From an uncultured Candidatus Binatia bacterium (lineage in GTDB: Bacteria; Desulfobacterota; Binatia; Bin18), in NCBI GenBank assembly GCA_965214605.1, contig OZ243961.1:672001-736000 (forward strand): 64,000 nt of DNA, read 5' to 3'. The notes under the pieces were generated by a model. It was not told the origin of the DNA. It worked only from the letters and a program-made list of their open reading frames with translations, and did no database searches. The translations under genes were made by a program, and so were the position numbers. Of this stretch, positions 30,446 to 39,378 are shown in pieces. Position 1 is the first letter of the stretch; every line of letters starts with the position of its first letter.

Positions 30446-31525
30446 CTAAGAAAAGTGCGGAATGACCTGCTCTCCCCATAGACGAATCGACTGCATCACT
30501 TTCTCATGCGGGATATTATAATTCTGCATCAGACACAGCAACTGATCGACCCCCATTTCTTGATACTGGTGGACTTTGTCAACACAATGCTGCGGGTCGC
30601 CAACAATGACCATGCTCTGTTTGTCCAAATAATCAAAGGTAAACTTGTCTTTATCCACCTCGCCAAAGCGCTGGTAGTACTCATAGCCCGAGCCCTCTTT
30701 CAGAAATTTTTCCATCGAGGTTCCAAGCATTTCAAACGACTTTTCGTTATACCATACCACCCCCTCCTCAGCTTCTTCGCGGGCGGCCGCATTACTGTTT
30801 GAGCAGTGGACCAACGAGAAGACCGCCGCCTGTTTGTTGACAAAATCGCCGACCGGCGTGGCCTGATCGGCGGCCACCTTATACAGCTTTACCCGACGGC
30901 CAACCTCTTGCAGGTTGAGCGCCAGGGTAAAGGACAGCAACCCTAGCCCCTTTCTGCCCGCTAGCTCATGACTCATTGGGCTAGTGCAGGCCATCCACAG
31001 GGGTGGGTGCGGTTTTTGGACCGGCTTGGGGATCACGTGGCGGGGTGGAATGCTGAAATACTTGCCCTGGTGGGAGAAGAGATCATCCTGCCACATGCGG
31101 GGCAGCATGGACAATGATTCTTCCCACATGCCACGGGTATCTGCCGGGTCAATGCCAAAGCCGCCCATCTCAAGCATGGTCGCCGACCGACCAGTACCGA
31201 ACTCAAGGCGCCCGTTGCACATAATATCAAGCGTGGCACCCATCTCCGCCACGCGGGCGGGATGGTTATACGGTGCCGGCAGCAAGCGGACCCCGTGTCC
31301 AATCCGAATCTTTGAGGTTTTGGCGGCAATATAGCCGTACAGAACTTCCGGTGCCGAGCAGTGAGAGAATTCATCCAGGAAGTGATGTTCAACAGTCCAG
31401 AAGGTGTCAAAGCCGACCTGCTCGGCGAGTTGAACCTGCTCGACAACCTCGTGGAAGATACGCGCCTCGGCTCCGGGTCCCCATTTGCGCGGAACGGTGA
31501 TCTCATAAAAGATGGCAAATTTCAT
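30446..31525 (-). CDS. LLM class flavin-dependent oxidoreductase
   Basis: WTVEHHF, HPARVAE..ATLD, GRLEFGTGRS, PKPVQKPHPPLW. Confidence 0.92.
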   Translation of the reverse strand: MKFAIFYEITVPRKWGPGAEARIFHEVVEQVQLAEQVGFDTFWTVEHHFLDEFSHCSAPEVLYGYIAAKTSKIRIGHGVRLLPAPYNHPARVAEMGATLDIMCNGRLEFGTGRSATMLEMGGFGIDPADTRGMWEESLSMLPRMWQDDLFSHQGKYFSIPPRHVIPKPVQKPHPPLWMACTSPMSHELAGRKGLGLLSFTLALNLQEVGRRVKLYKVAADQATPVGDFVNKQAAVFSLVHCSNSNAAAREEAEEGVVWYNEKSFEMLGTSMEKFLKEGSGYEYYQRFGEVDKDKFTFDYLDKQSMVIVGDPQHCVDKVHQYQEMGVDQLLCLMQNYNIPHEKVMQSIRLWGEQVIPHFS

Positions 31526-31544
31526 GCTCTCCCCCGACGGCTAT

Positions 31545-31573
31545 AAAAAAGGGCGACGTGAGCGCCGCCCTCT
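31545..31573 (-). terminator. Intrinsic terminator or stabilising hairpin inside the catabolic cluster
   Basis: Minus strand AGGGCGGCG-CTCA-CGTCGCCCT followed by TTTTT. Confidence 0.6.
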
Positions 31574-31580
31574 CTCATTA

Positions 31581-32027
31581 CTACATACCGCTGATCAGTT
31601 CCAGAATTGTACCGTCCGGGTCTTTGAAGCACACCACTCCGATGGTTGCTCCGCCGGGCCCATCAATTTTCTTGAGCGGCGCCACAAAGTCAACCTGCAT
31701 TTCCTGCAGATCGGCGTACGTCTTGTCGATATCGTCCACCGTGAACGCGATCCGGCAGATCCCAACATTGTTGAGCGTTGGATACGGCGTGCCTTGTGTC
31801 GGCGGATCTATGAACTGTACCAGATCAAGCACCGGCGCGTTCTCATCGTCGCCCAAACGCATGAATACACCGCGTAGCTTCTGAACCTTGAGCCCCAGCG
31901 CATCCCCAACGGTTGGATCGTCCAAGACGAAATCATTGACCTTATTAAAACCCAGCTTTTCATAGAAGCTGATTGAGCGCTCCATATCGGTGACGCACAC
32001 ATTGACGTGAAACAGTCTCTGCAACAT
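31581..32027 (-). CDS. VOC/glyoxalase family protein
   Basis: HVNVCVTDMERSISFY, IAFTVDD, FKDPDGTILELI; ATG 32027 after AGGAG. Confidence 0.9.
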   Translation of the reverse strand: MLQRLFHVNVCVTDMERSISFYEKLGFNKVNDFVLDDPTVGDALGLKVQKLRGVFMRLGDDENAPVLDLVQFIDPPTQGTPYPTLNNVGICRIAFTVDDIDKTYADLQEMQVDFVAPLKKIDGPGGATIGVVCFKDPDGTILELISGM

Positions 32028-32050
32028 AGCACCTCTCCTTTTACAAGCAG

Positions 32051-32078
32051 GTAGGGGCGGTCCACAAACCGCCCCTAC
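32051..32078. repeat. GTAG-type REP-like palindrome
   Basis: GTAGGGGCGGT-ccacaa-ACCGCCCCTAC perfect inverted repeat; intergenic. Confidence 0.6.
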
Positions 32079-32127
32079 AGCAGACGGGCAGAGCCCGCTC
32101 AACAAACGAACAGCCAGCCGCTGTGGC

Positions 32128-33810
32128 TTAGGCCTGCCCCGAACGCAGGACCTGACCGGGCAACTCGCCGGTGTGTTGCTGGTCCTCGTACAGGACCGAG
32201 CCATTCACGACAGTGTGAATCACACCCTCAGCCGGCATGACCAGTCGCCGGCCGCCGCCGGGCAGATCGGTCCGCATCTCACCCCGCTTCTTCGAACCGA
32301 CCGTATTCAGATCGAAGATGGCAAAATCCGCTGCTAAGCCCTGCTCAATTTTGCCTCGGGTTGTGAGGCCATAGAAGGCCGCAGGCTCAGAGGTGATCCG
32401 CCTGACGGCGTGCTCCAGGCTCATGACCTGCCGGTCGCGTACCCAGGTGCCGAGCAGATAGGTGCAGTAGCCGGCATCACACAGCATATCGACGTGGGCT
32501 CCGCCGTCAGAGAGGCCGACCATTACCTGGTCATGGGTAATCAGATCAGGAATCCGGTCCTCATCAGCGTTAAACAGCTCATACGTGTATTCAAGCTGGA
32601 GGTCGTCTTCGATACACAGATCCAAGAACGTATTGAGTCCGTCTTTACCGCGCTGTCTAGCGATCTCGGCCACACTCTGGCCGACGAGCGCCTGCAGCTC
32701 GGGTTTGGAGGCAACATGGACAACTGCCCGTTCCCATTTACCGTTGAACACCTTGGGCGTTTCCAGCTCTTTGCGGAACTCGGCCCGGAACTTTTCATCC
32801 CGATAAAACTGCATCTGCTCCTCAACTGGCCGATCAAAAGCAGGTTTCCAGCACGGCAGGTTGGCAAAAATGAACGGTTTACGCAGATCAATCTGAATGA
32901 TCAGCGGCCGACACGTCACCTGCGGGATCGCCCCCCGCTTAAACAGCGGCTCGACCGCCCGCAGGGTATTCATCGCCGCTTCCGGCTTATCATCACGGTT
33001 GAGCAGCGCCAGCCAGGTCACCGGCCGGTTGCTCTCGGTCAGCAACATGTCCAGCAGGGCATAGTCAGTCTCATCGACCACCGACACGTCGTTGGTCAAC
33101 GCCAGCTCGATACTCCCTTTCCCGAGTTCGTTAAGCGCATTCGCGTAGGCTTTGAGTTCGTCCCAGTCCGCCTGCCGACACGCAATCGGCCGGCCCTTGT
33201 AACCGATGTGCTGGGCCACATTAGTCGTTGAAAAACCAAAGGCTCCAGCCGCCACGGCTTCTTTAATCAAGGCTTTGATCTGAGCCCGCTCCTCAGGAGT
33301 TGCCGCCCGTTCCATTGAATCTTCGCCCATCACCCAATGGCGGAAAGGGGTCAGCGGAGCCATGAAGCCGAGGTTGATACCGGCCCCACGTTTTTGGGCC
33401 GCGTCCATATACTCGGGAAAGGTCCTCCAGTCCCAGGTCACTCCCTTACCCAGCACCTCAAACGGAATCGCCTCAACGTTGACCAGATCCCAAGCCGCAA
33501 TCTCCTGATTCTCAGGCTTACACGGGGCTAACCCGACTCCACAGTTGCCCATCACCAGACTTGTCACGCCGTGCCAGGATGACGAGGTGATCAGGGGGTC
33601 CCAGCAGATCTGGGCGTCATAGTGGGTGTGGGGATCGACAAAGCCCGGCGCAACAATCAGGTCTGAGGCATCAAGCGTCTTCTTGGCCCCATCCGTAATC
33701 TTACCAATTGCGGCAATCTTGCCATCGGCTACCGCCACATCGGCCCGATAGCTCGGGGCCCCGGTTCCGTCGACCACGGTTCCATTTGTAATGAGTAAAT
33801 CGTACGACAT
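32128..33810 (-). CDS. N-acyl-D-amino-acid deacylase-like amidohydrolase (Amidohydro_3)
   Basis: VVDGTG, PGFVDPHTHYD, GNCGVG, SDGGAH. Confidence 0.9.
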   Translation of the reverse strand: MSYDLLITNGTVVDGTGAPSYRADVAVADGKIAAIGKITDGAKKTLDASDLIVAPGFVDPHTHYDAQICWDPLITSSSWHGVTSLVMGNCGVGLAPCKPENQEIAAWDLVNVEAIPFEVLGKGVTWDWRTFPEYMDAAQKRGAGINLGFMAPLTPFRHWVMGEDSMERAATPEERAQIKALIKEAVAAGAFGFSTTNVAQHIGYKGRPIACRQADWDELKAYANALNELGKGSIELALTNDVSVVDETDYALLDMLLTESNRPVTWLALLNRDDKPEAAMNTLRAVEPLFKRGAIPQVTCRPLIIQIDLRKPFIFANLPCWKPAFDRPVEEQMQFYRDEKFRAEFRKELETPKVFNGKWERAVVHVASKPELQALVGQSVAEIARQRGKDGLNTFLDLCIEDDLQLEYTYELFNADEDRIPDLITHDQVMVGLSDGGAHVDMLCDAGYCTYLLGTWVRDRQVMSLEHAVRRITSEPAAFYGLTTRGKIEQGLAADFAIFDLNTVGSKKRGEMRTDLPGGGRRLVMPAEGVIHTVVNGSVLYEDQQHTGELPGQVLRSGQA

Positions 33811-33829
33811 TCAGCATCCTCCTTCTTTT

Positions 33830-35119
33830 CTAAATAACGCCTTCTTTGACTAAGGCATCCTGTTCTGCCTGACTCAGGTGTAGCAACTCACCATACACAT
33901 AGTCATTGTCTTCACTATAACATGGGGCCGCCCGTTCGGTCGGGCCAGCCTGGTTGACCGTCGCGGTGTTAAAATGGAACGGCACGTCTTTGACCGGCCA
34001 GGTGCCAATCTCGCTGTGCGACAATGGAATTAACCATTCGAGATGCCTGAGCTGCGGGTCACGTTCAATCCGGTCTTGGGCGGTCTGACACACGCCCGCC
34101 GGCACTCCGGCCTGCTGCAAGTCTTCCTGCAAGACAAACGGATCTTTGTCTGTGGTCCACCTCGTCATCAGCTGATCGAGTGTATCCTGATTCACAATAC
34201 GGGCGGCCAGAGAGCTAAAACGGGGGTCTTGGGTCCACTCCGGCTGACCCATCGCTCCCACCAAAGCACGCCATTCATCTGCGCTGGTAACGGCAATGGC
34301 GATCCAGCGGTCCTCTCCGCGACAGCGGTAGGCCCCGTGCGGAGCCGCCGGGACGTTTGGCGAGCGGTTGCCGGTTCGCTGTGACGGGCGTTTGTTAATA
34401 AACGCGTCCAACAGAGCGGTTCCGGTCATATAGATACCCGGTTCGACCTGAGAGCAGTCTATGTACTGGCCCTTCCCGGTCCGCTTTTTATAGTAAATCG
34501 CACACAGCATCGTCAGTGCGCAGTAGTAGGCGCCACTCCAATCCATATACGAGTAGCCCCAGCCCGCGGGAGGATACGGGGACGGCAGCCCCGACTGTTC
34601 GGTCAGCCCGCTGACCGCTTGGGCAATGGGGCCGTAGGAGGCAAATTTCACGTAGGGACCTTTATAGCCCCAGCCCGGCTGCTGGATGTAGATAATATCC
34701 GGCTTGATCTCTCTCAGCTGCTCATAGCCGAGCCCCCATTTGCGCATCGTCTCAGCCGTAAAAGCTTCGACGACCACATCGCTAATCGCGACAATCCGTT
34801 TAAATAGCGCGCGTCCTTTAGGATGACCCATGTTCAGACTTAGGCCCTTTTTGCCCGCATTAATATCGTTAAAATAGCCACCCCGGTTGACACTCTGGAC
34901 GCTGTCTTTGCTGAGGCTACTGAGCTCCATAGCCCCAGATTCTTCCTGTTGTGTATTCTTCCTCGGAGCAAACGGAGGCATATAGCGTAAAAAATCGAGT
35001 CGATCGCGCCACTCGATACGCAAGATCTCGGCCCCGAGGCTAGCTAGCAAACGCGGACCACCGGCTCCGGCCAACAGCCAGGTCAGATCAGCCACTCGTA
35101 CGCCTTCTAAAGGTCTCAC
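33830..35119 (-). CDS. CoA-transferase family III (CaiB/BaiF), catalytic-type subunit (BbsF-like)
   Basis: PLEGVRVADL, NAGKKGLSLN, GYSYMDWSG with catalytic-position Asp, RTGN..APHGAY; GTG start at 35119. Confidence 0.88.
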   Translation of the reverse strand: MRPLEGVRVADLTWLLAGAGGPRLLASLGAEILRIEWRDRLDFLRYMPPFAPRKNTQQEESGAMELSSLSKDSVQSVNRGGYFNDINAGKKGLSLNMGHPKGRALFKRIVAISDVVVEAFTAETMRKWGLGYEQLREIKPDIIYIQQPGWGYKGPYVKFASYGPIAQAVSGLTEQSGLPSPYPPAGWGYSYMDWSGAYYCALTMLCAIYYKKRTGKGQYIDCSQVEPGIYMTGTALLDAFINKRPSQRTGNRSPNVPAAPHGAYRCRGEDRWIAIAVTSADEWRALVGAMGQPEWTQDPRFSSLAARIVNQDTLDQLMTRWTTDKDPFVLQEDLQQAGVPAGVCQTAQDRIERDPQLRHLEWLIPLSHSEIGTWPVKDVPFHFNTATVNQAGPTERAAPCYSEDNDYVYGELLHLSQAEQDALVKEGVI

Positions 35120-35138
35120 CGTCTTGTCCCCCTCGCCC

Positions 35139-36386
35139 CTAGATAATTTTTCGCTCCTTGAGCCGTGCAATCTCGTCCGCTCCCAGTCCGAGTTGACCGG
35201 CGTATACCCCATCATTATGCTCACCGATCAGTGGGGCTCGCGGTCCGGTACGCCACTCGACCTCATCCGGCAGCATAGGAGCACCAACATAGGTCACGGT
35301 CTCATCCAGCTCGGGATGGTTCACCTCACAGAAAGTTTTGCGCGTTTGCCACTGCTCGTCGTCGACATTCTCCTCGGGGGTCCGAATCGGTGACCATGGA
35401 ATACCGAGCGACTGGGCCTCACGCCAGATCTCCTCCATCCCAAACGCCGCCACGCACCCGGCCTGCACCTCGGAGAAATGCTCGGCAAACACACGGCCAC
35501 GCCGATTCGCAGGATCCTGATACGGCTCGCTCTTCAGGTCAGCGGCCTGGCCCTTCCTATCCAGAAAATCGACCAGGGTCTCGTAGCCGCCCGGAAACGG
35601 GTTGGGCAGAATGATGGAATAGCGCCCGTCCTTGGTCGGAAACTGAACGGCTGGGCCAACGGCCGGTTGGGCGTGCCGACCCGTCTGGCGATAACACGTG
35701 GTCTGAGTATAAATCCAATTTGGGACGTCGATCTCGGTACACACACTGACCGCTTGGTGGACCGCGACTTCAATCATGTCCCCGTTCCCATGTGTTTCCC
35801 GACCGATCAGAGCACCGACAATAGCAATAAAAGTCTGGTTGCCAGTGATATGGTAGGCATGCCACATCTGAGGGGCGATAGGGGGAGTGTCATAGCTGCC
35901 CTCCTCCTTGGGATCATAGCCACAACACATCATCGGCCCGCCCAACGCCAGATGCACCAGATCGTTGGCCTTATAATCGCGCCACGGACCACTGCGGCCA
36001 AAAGGGGTCACACAGGCATAGATCAGGCGAGGGTTGAGCTGCTGGAGGGCGATCCAATCCAAGCCCAGCTTTTCCAAAGTGTCGAGCGGCAGGGCGTCGA
36101 GCAGAACGTCACACTCGGCGATGAGCTTTTTGAGTAGTTCGGTCCCCTCGGGTGCATGGATATCAAGCGTGATCCCACGCTTGCCAAAGTTGTAGTGCCA
36201 GAAATACAGACTCCGGTCAGGATTTTTCTCATCATGATAGAACGGCCCTAGGGAACGGGTCGAGTTTCCATCCGGAGGCTCAATCTTCAACACATCGGCC
36301 CCGGCCCCAGCCAGCAATTTCCCGCAAAACTCGCCCTTTTCATCGGCAAGCTCCAGGACTTTCACATCAAACAGGAATCCAGGCAT
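35139..36386 (-). CDS. CoA-transferase family III (CaiB/BaiF), probable non-catalytic subunit (BbsE-like)
   Basis: GADVLKIEPPDG, NFGKRGITLD, TPFGRSGP, APLIGEHN; no Asp at the expected catalytic position. Confidence 0.85.
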   Translation of the reverse strand: MPGFLFDVKVLELADEKGEFCGKLLAGAGADVLKIEPPDGNSTRSLGPFYHDEKNPDRSLYFWHYNFGKRGITLDIHAPEGTELLKKLIAECDVLLDALPLDTLEKLGLDWIALQQLNPRLIYACVTPFGRSGPWRDYKANDLVHLALGGPMMCCGYDPKEEGSYDTPPIAPQMWHAYHITGNQTFIAIVGALIGRETHGNGDMIEVAVHQAVSVCTEIDVPNWIYTQTTCYRQTGRHAQPAVGPAVQFPTKDGRYSIILPNPFPGGYETLVDFLDRKGQAADLKSEPYQDPANRRGRVFAEHFSEVQAGCVAAFGMEEIWREAQSLGIPWSPIRTPEENVDDEQWQTRKTFCEVNHPELDETVTYVGAPMLPDEVEWRTGPRAPLIGEHNDGVYAGQLGLGADEIARLKERKII

Positions 36387-36441
36387 AGTACTCAGTTCCG
36401 AGGGGTGGGACAGCTGGCCCCAGACTCGTCAGTCACATGAC

Positions 36442-38106
36442 TTACATCAGCGATGTTCCTGCCGACTCACCCGCATAATTTGCAAACGGCACGGTCTGCG
36501 CTCGCGCGGTCGGCTCAGTGATGACGTTGAGGAGCGCCGGGCGGCCGTGTTCCATTTCCTTGATCGCCCGGTCTATAGCCGGACGAATATCCTGCGGATT
36601 CTCGACTAGCTCGCCGTACGCGCCCAGTCCCTGAGCAACGATATCGTAGCGCGTATGGCCGAGTTCGCGGCCGGGCACATGGATGTTGGCACGAGCCGTC
36701 CATCCACCGTTGTTACTCACCAGGACTAGGACCGGTAGTTGATGCCGCACCGCCGTATCTAACTCCATGAGATTCAATCCCAGCGAGCCGTCTCCATGCA
36801 GGACCACTACCATGCGGTCCGGAGCGGCGGCTTTCGCCCCCACCCCAAAGGGCAGCCCCACGCCCATGCAACCGTTCGGACCGGGATTGATCCGTGCCCC
36901 AGGGCTAAAGGACGGAATGGATTGCCGGGACATATTCATGATCTCATGACCATCAACGGCCAGAATCCCGTCCCGAGGAATAAAATCACGGATCTCTTTG
37001 CACAAGCGCATGGGGTGGGTCGGAGCTTGGTCAGAGTTCAGCAACGGCAACATCTTCTCCCGGTTTTCACGGTCCTTGGCACCCAGCTGTTGCACCCAGG
37101 CCGACTCACCAAACGACAGCCGTTTCTCTGTCGCCTGGGTCAACTGCTCAAAGACCGCTTTGGCATCCCCAACGATGCCTAGATCAACACTCCGTACTCG
37201 GCCGATTTCTTCATGGTTGACATCGACCTGGATAAACTTGGCGTCGGGAGAGAAACGCGGGGCCTTGCCCTGGCCGATCACAAAATTGAAGCGTGTCCCT
37301 ACCACTAGGACGACATCGGCGTTTTTAAAGGCAAAGGAGCGAGCGCCAAGCATCGACAACGGATGGTCATCCGGGACCACGCCGCGTCCCTGCGGTGTGG
37401 TGAAGAACGGAATGCCCGTGGTGTCGACAAACTGGCGCATCTGCTCACCCGCAGCAGACCAGAAGATACCGCTGCCCGTCACCAGCAACGGATTCTTGGC
37501 ACCGGCCAGCATATCCACCGCGCGTTCGATAGACGGGCCGTCGGCCGATGCAACCGACCGTTCCTGAATGGCGGGTAGCGGCCAGACCTTTTCTGGGTCA
37601 ACCTTTTGGACCAGCATATCACCCGGCATGTCTAAATAGACCGGTCCCGGCTGGCCCTGACGTGCCCGGACCATAGCCATATGGACATACTCTTTGGCCC
37701 GGCTGGCGGTATGCACCCGGGCTGCCCATTTACAGATGGGTTTAAAGATGGAGAGTTGGTCAAATTCTTGGAAATCGCCCGTGTCGTAGTAAGCCACGGC
37801 CGAAGAGCCACCCAAGCCCAGAACCGGACACGCATCAAGATAGGCATTTGAGATACCCGTCAGCAGATTGGCCGCGCCGGGTCCGCCCGCGCCCATACAG
37901 ACCCCGACCTTGCCAGTCACACGGGAGTAGGCGTGGGCCGCCATAGCGGCCGCTTGCTCGTGACGACAATCGATTAGTCGAATCCCAAGCTTTTCGGCGT
38001 GCATGGATAACAGGATATTGGGACCACCCATAATGTAGAAGATCGTATCAACTCCCTCGGCCCGGAGTCCCTCGGCCATCAGCTGGCTCCCGTCTACCTG
38101 TGCCAT
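36442..38106 (-). CDS. TPP-dependent enzyme, 2-hydroxyacyl-CoA lyase/oxalyl-CoA decarboxylase-like
   Basis: RHEQAAAMAAHAY, GDFQEFDQ, GCMGVGLPFG, GDGS..NN TPP motif. Confidence 0.85.
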   Translation of the reverse strand: MAQVDGSQLMAEGLRAEGVDTIFYIMGGPNILLSMHAEKLGIRLIDCRHEQAAAMAAHAYSRVTGKVGVCMGAGGPGAANLLTGISNAYLDACPVLGLGGSSAVAYYDTGDFQEFDQLSIFKPICKWAARVHTASRAKEYVHMAMVRARQGQPGPVYLDMPGDMLVQKVDPEKVWPLPAIQERSVASADGPSIERAVDMLAGAKNPLLVTGSGIFWSAAGEQMRQFVDTTGIPFFTTPQGRGVVPDDHPLSMLGARSFAFKNADVVLVVGTRFNFVIGQGKAPRFSPDAKFIQVDVNHEEIGRVRSVDLGIVGDAKAVFEQLTQATEKRLSFGESAWVQQLGAKDRENREKMLPLLNSDQAPTHPMRLCKEIRDFIPRDGILAVDGHEIMNMSRQSIPSFSPGARINPGPNGCMGVGLPFGVGAKAAAPDRMVVVLHGDGSLGLNLMELDTAVRHQLPVLVLVSNNGGWTARANIHVPGRELGHTRYDIVAQGLGAYGELVENPQDIRPAIDRAIKEMEHGRPALLNVITEPTARAQTVPFANYAGESAGTSLM

Positions 38107-38300
38107 GTGTTCCTCCTTATCGTATCCCCATCGTATCCCCAGGAATGAGGGCTCACCACGGCGAGCCCTCCCCTCCTTATTTTATCCTGGGGCTCCCCGA
38201 ACTAGCCGCGTTCTCGTGCTCCACAGCAGCTATCCAAACGAAGTGTTGATAGGTGGTGCGGCACGAACACGTACGGACATAGCTGTCTAGAGAGCGCCGT

Positions 38301-39035
38301 CTAAAGGGATACTCTCCGCAGAGCTCGGGGGAATCCGTTTGCTTCTCCGTCCAGCGTACCGACCTCATTCACTCCGGCGGTATTGCTCTTCAAAATTCCC
38401 AAAGCCAACGTTTGTAGCATCTCGAGGTAATCCTCAACTTTGGCAAAACGCTTCAAGGCCCAATGACGCACCGCCCACGACTGAGCCAGAACGAGCAAAC
38501 AGTGCGCCTTAAGATCAATGTCGCCAGCCGGAAAAGCCTTTTTCTCCACTCCATAAGCAATAATTTCCTCAAGCAGACTCTGAATACGCTCTTCTCCCTC
38601 TAGCAGGCGTCTGCGTTCGGCACTGGTCAGAGACTTCATCTCTTGGTAGCCCAAGACCACATCGCGCCGCAGCTCATCGATGAGACGCACATAGCGTTCG
38701 TAGGCGAGCAGGAATAACTGCTTGGGAGCAACCCCTTTCTCTTTGAGCCGTTCATATTCTGCTCGCTGCTCACGCAGCATGACCTCAGTCCGTTCTTGAT
38801 TGTGGGAGAACAGGAAAAACAGAATCTCTTCTTTGCTGGTGAAGTAGTTAAAAACGGAGCCAACGCTCAGGTCCGCCTTCTTGGCAATCTCTCGGACGCT
38901 GGTATTGTGGTACCCGTTACTTAAAAAGAGAGCTGCCGCCCCAGAGGCAATCCGCTCTTTGCCTTCGAGCAGGCGTTTCTCGTCTGTAACCTGGGAGGTT
39001 TGTCTTCGCTTTTTGCGTAGAACTTGACCTTTCAC
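38301..39035 (-). CDS. TetR/AcrR family transcriptional regulator
   Basis: LFLSNGYHNTSVREIAKKADLSVGSVFNYFTSKEEIL HTH; QSWAVRHW C-domain. Confidence 0.92.
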   Translation of the reverse strand: MKGQVLRKKRRQTSQVTDEKRLLEGKERIASGAAALFLSNGYHNTSVREIAKKADLSVGSVFNYFTSKEEILFFLFSHNQERTEVMLREQRAEYERLKEKGVAPKQLFLLAYERYVRLIDELRRDVVLGYQEMKSLTSAERRRLLEGEERIQSLLEEIIAYGVEKKAFPAGDIDLKAHCLLVLAQSWAVRHWALKRFAKVEDYLEMLQTLALGILKSNTAGVNEVGTLDGEANGFPRALRRVSL

Positions 39036-39070
39036 CCGCGCGTTCCTTTCCGGCTGAACTAGGCATGTGC

Positions 39071-39123
39071 TGAGTGAGTGTTCATTTCAAAATTTCATAC
39101 GTCAGGCAAGCGTCTTTTGTCAA
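39071..39123 (-). promoter_or_regulatory. Putative tetR promoter (TTGACA-18-TATGAA) and downstream imperfect palindrome TGAACACTCACTCA (candidate TetR operator)
   Basis: TTGACA at 39118-39123 (minus), TATGAA at 39094-39099, TGA..TCA box at 39071-39084. Confidence 0.5.
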
Positions 39124-39164
39124 GAAGACATTGAGAGGGCAAGCGCCCCTCAGCTTATTGTTTA

Positions 39165-39378
39165 GCTGCCCCCCCCCTGCACGTAGCGCGCACGCGGCGG
39201 CGGACAGCGCCGCGGCGGGCTGCCAGGCTGCCCCCCCCCTGCACGTAGCGCGCACTGGAGGTTCAATCTATTTGAAAAGAAATTCCAGCTGCCCCCCCCT
39301 GCACGTAGCGCGCACTCTGTTCAAGGGGCTTCTTCAGCAGCGGCTGAGAGAAGTGTCTGCCCTTGCACGTAGCGCGCA
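39165..39378. CRISPR. CRISPR-like mini-array: 3 repeats GCTG(C8-9)TGCACGTAGCGCGCAC plus 1 degenerate copy; no cas genes in window
   Basis: Repeats at 39165-39193, 39227-39255, 39288-39315; unique spacers of 33 and 32 nt; fourth core TGCACGTAGCGCGCA at 39364-39378. Confidence 0.6.

Noticed and set aside
39256-39287. Self-targeting match of spacer 2 to ~41392 (TATTTGAAAA)
   Set aside because: Only about 10 nt of AT-rich identity, expected by chance.
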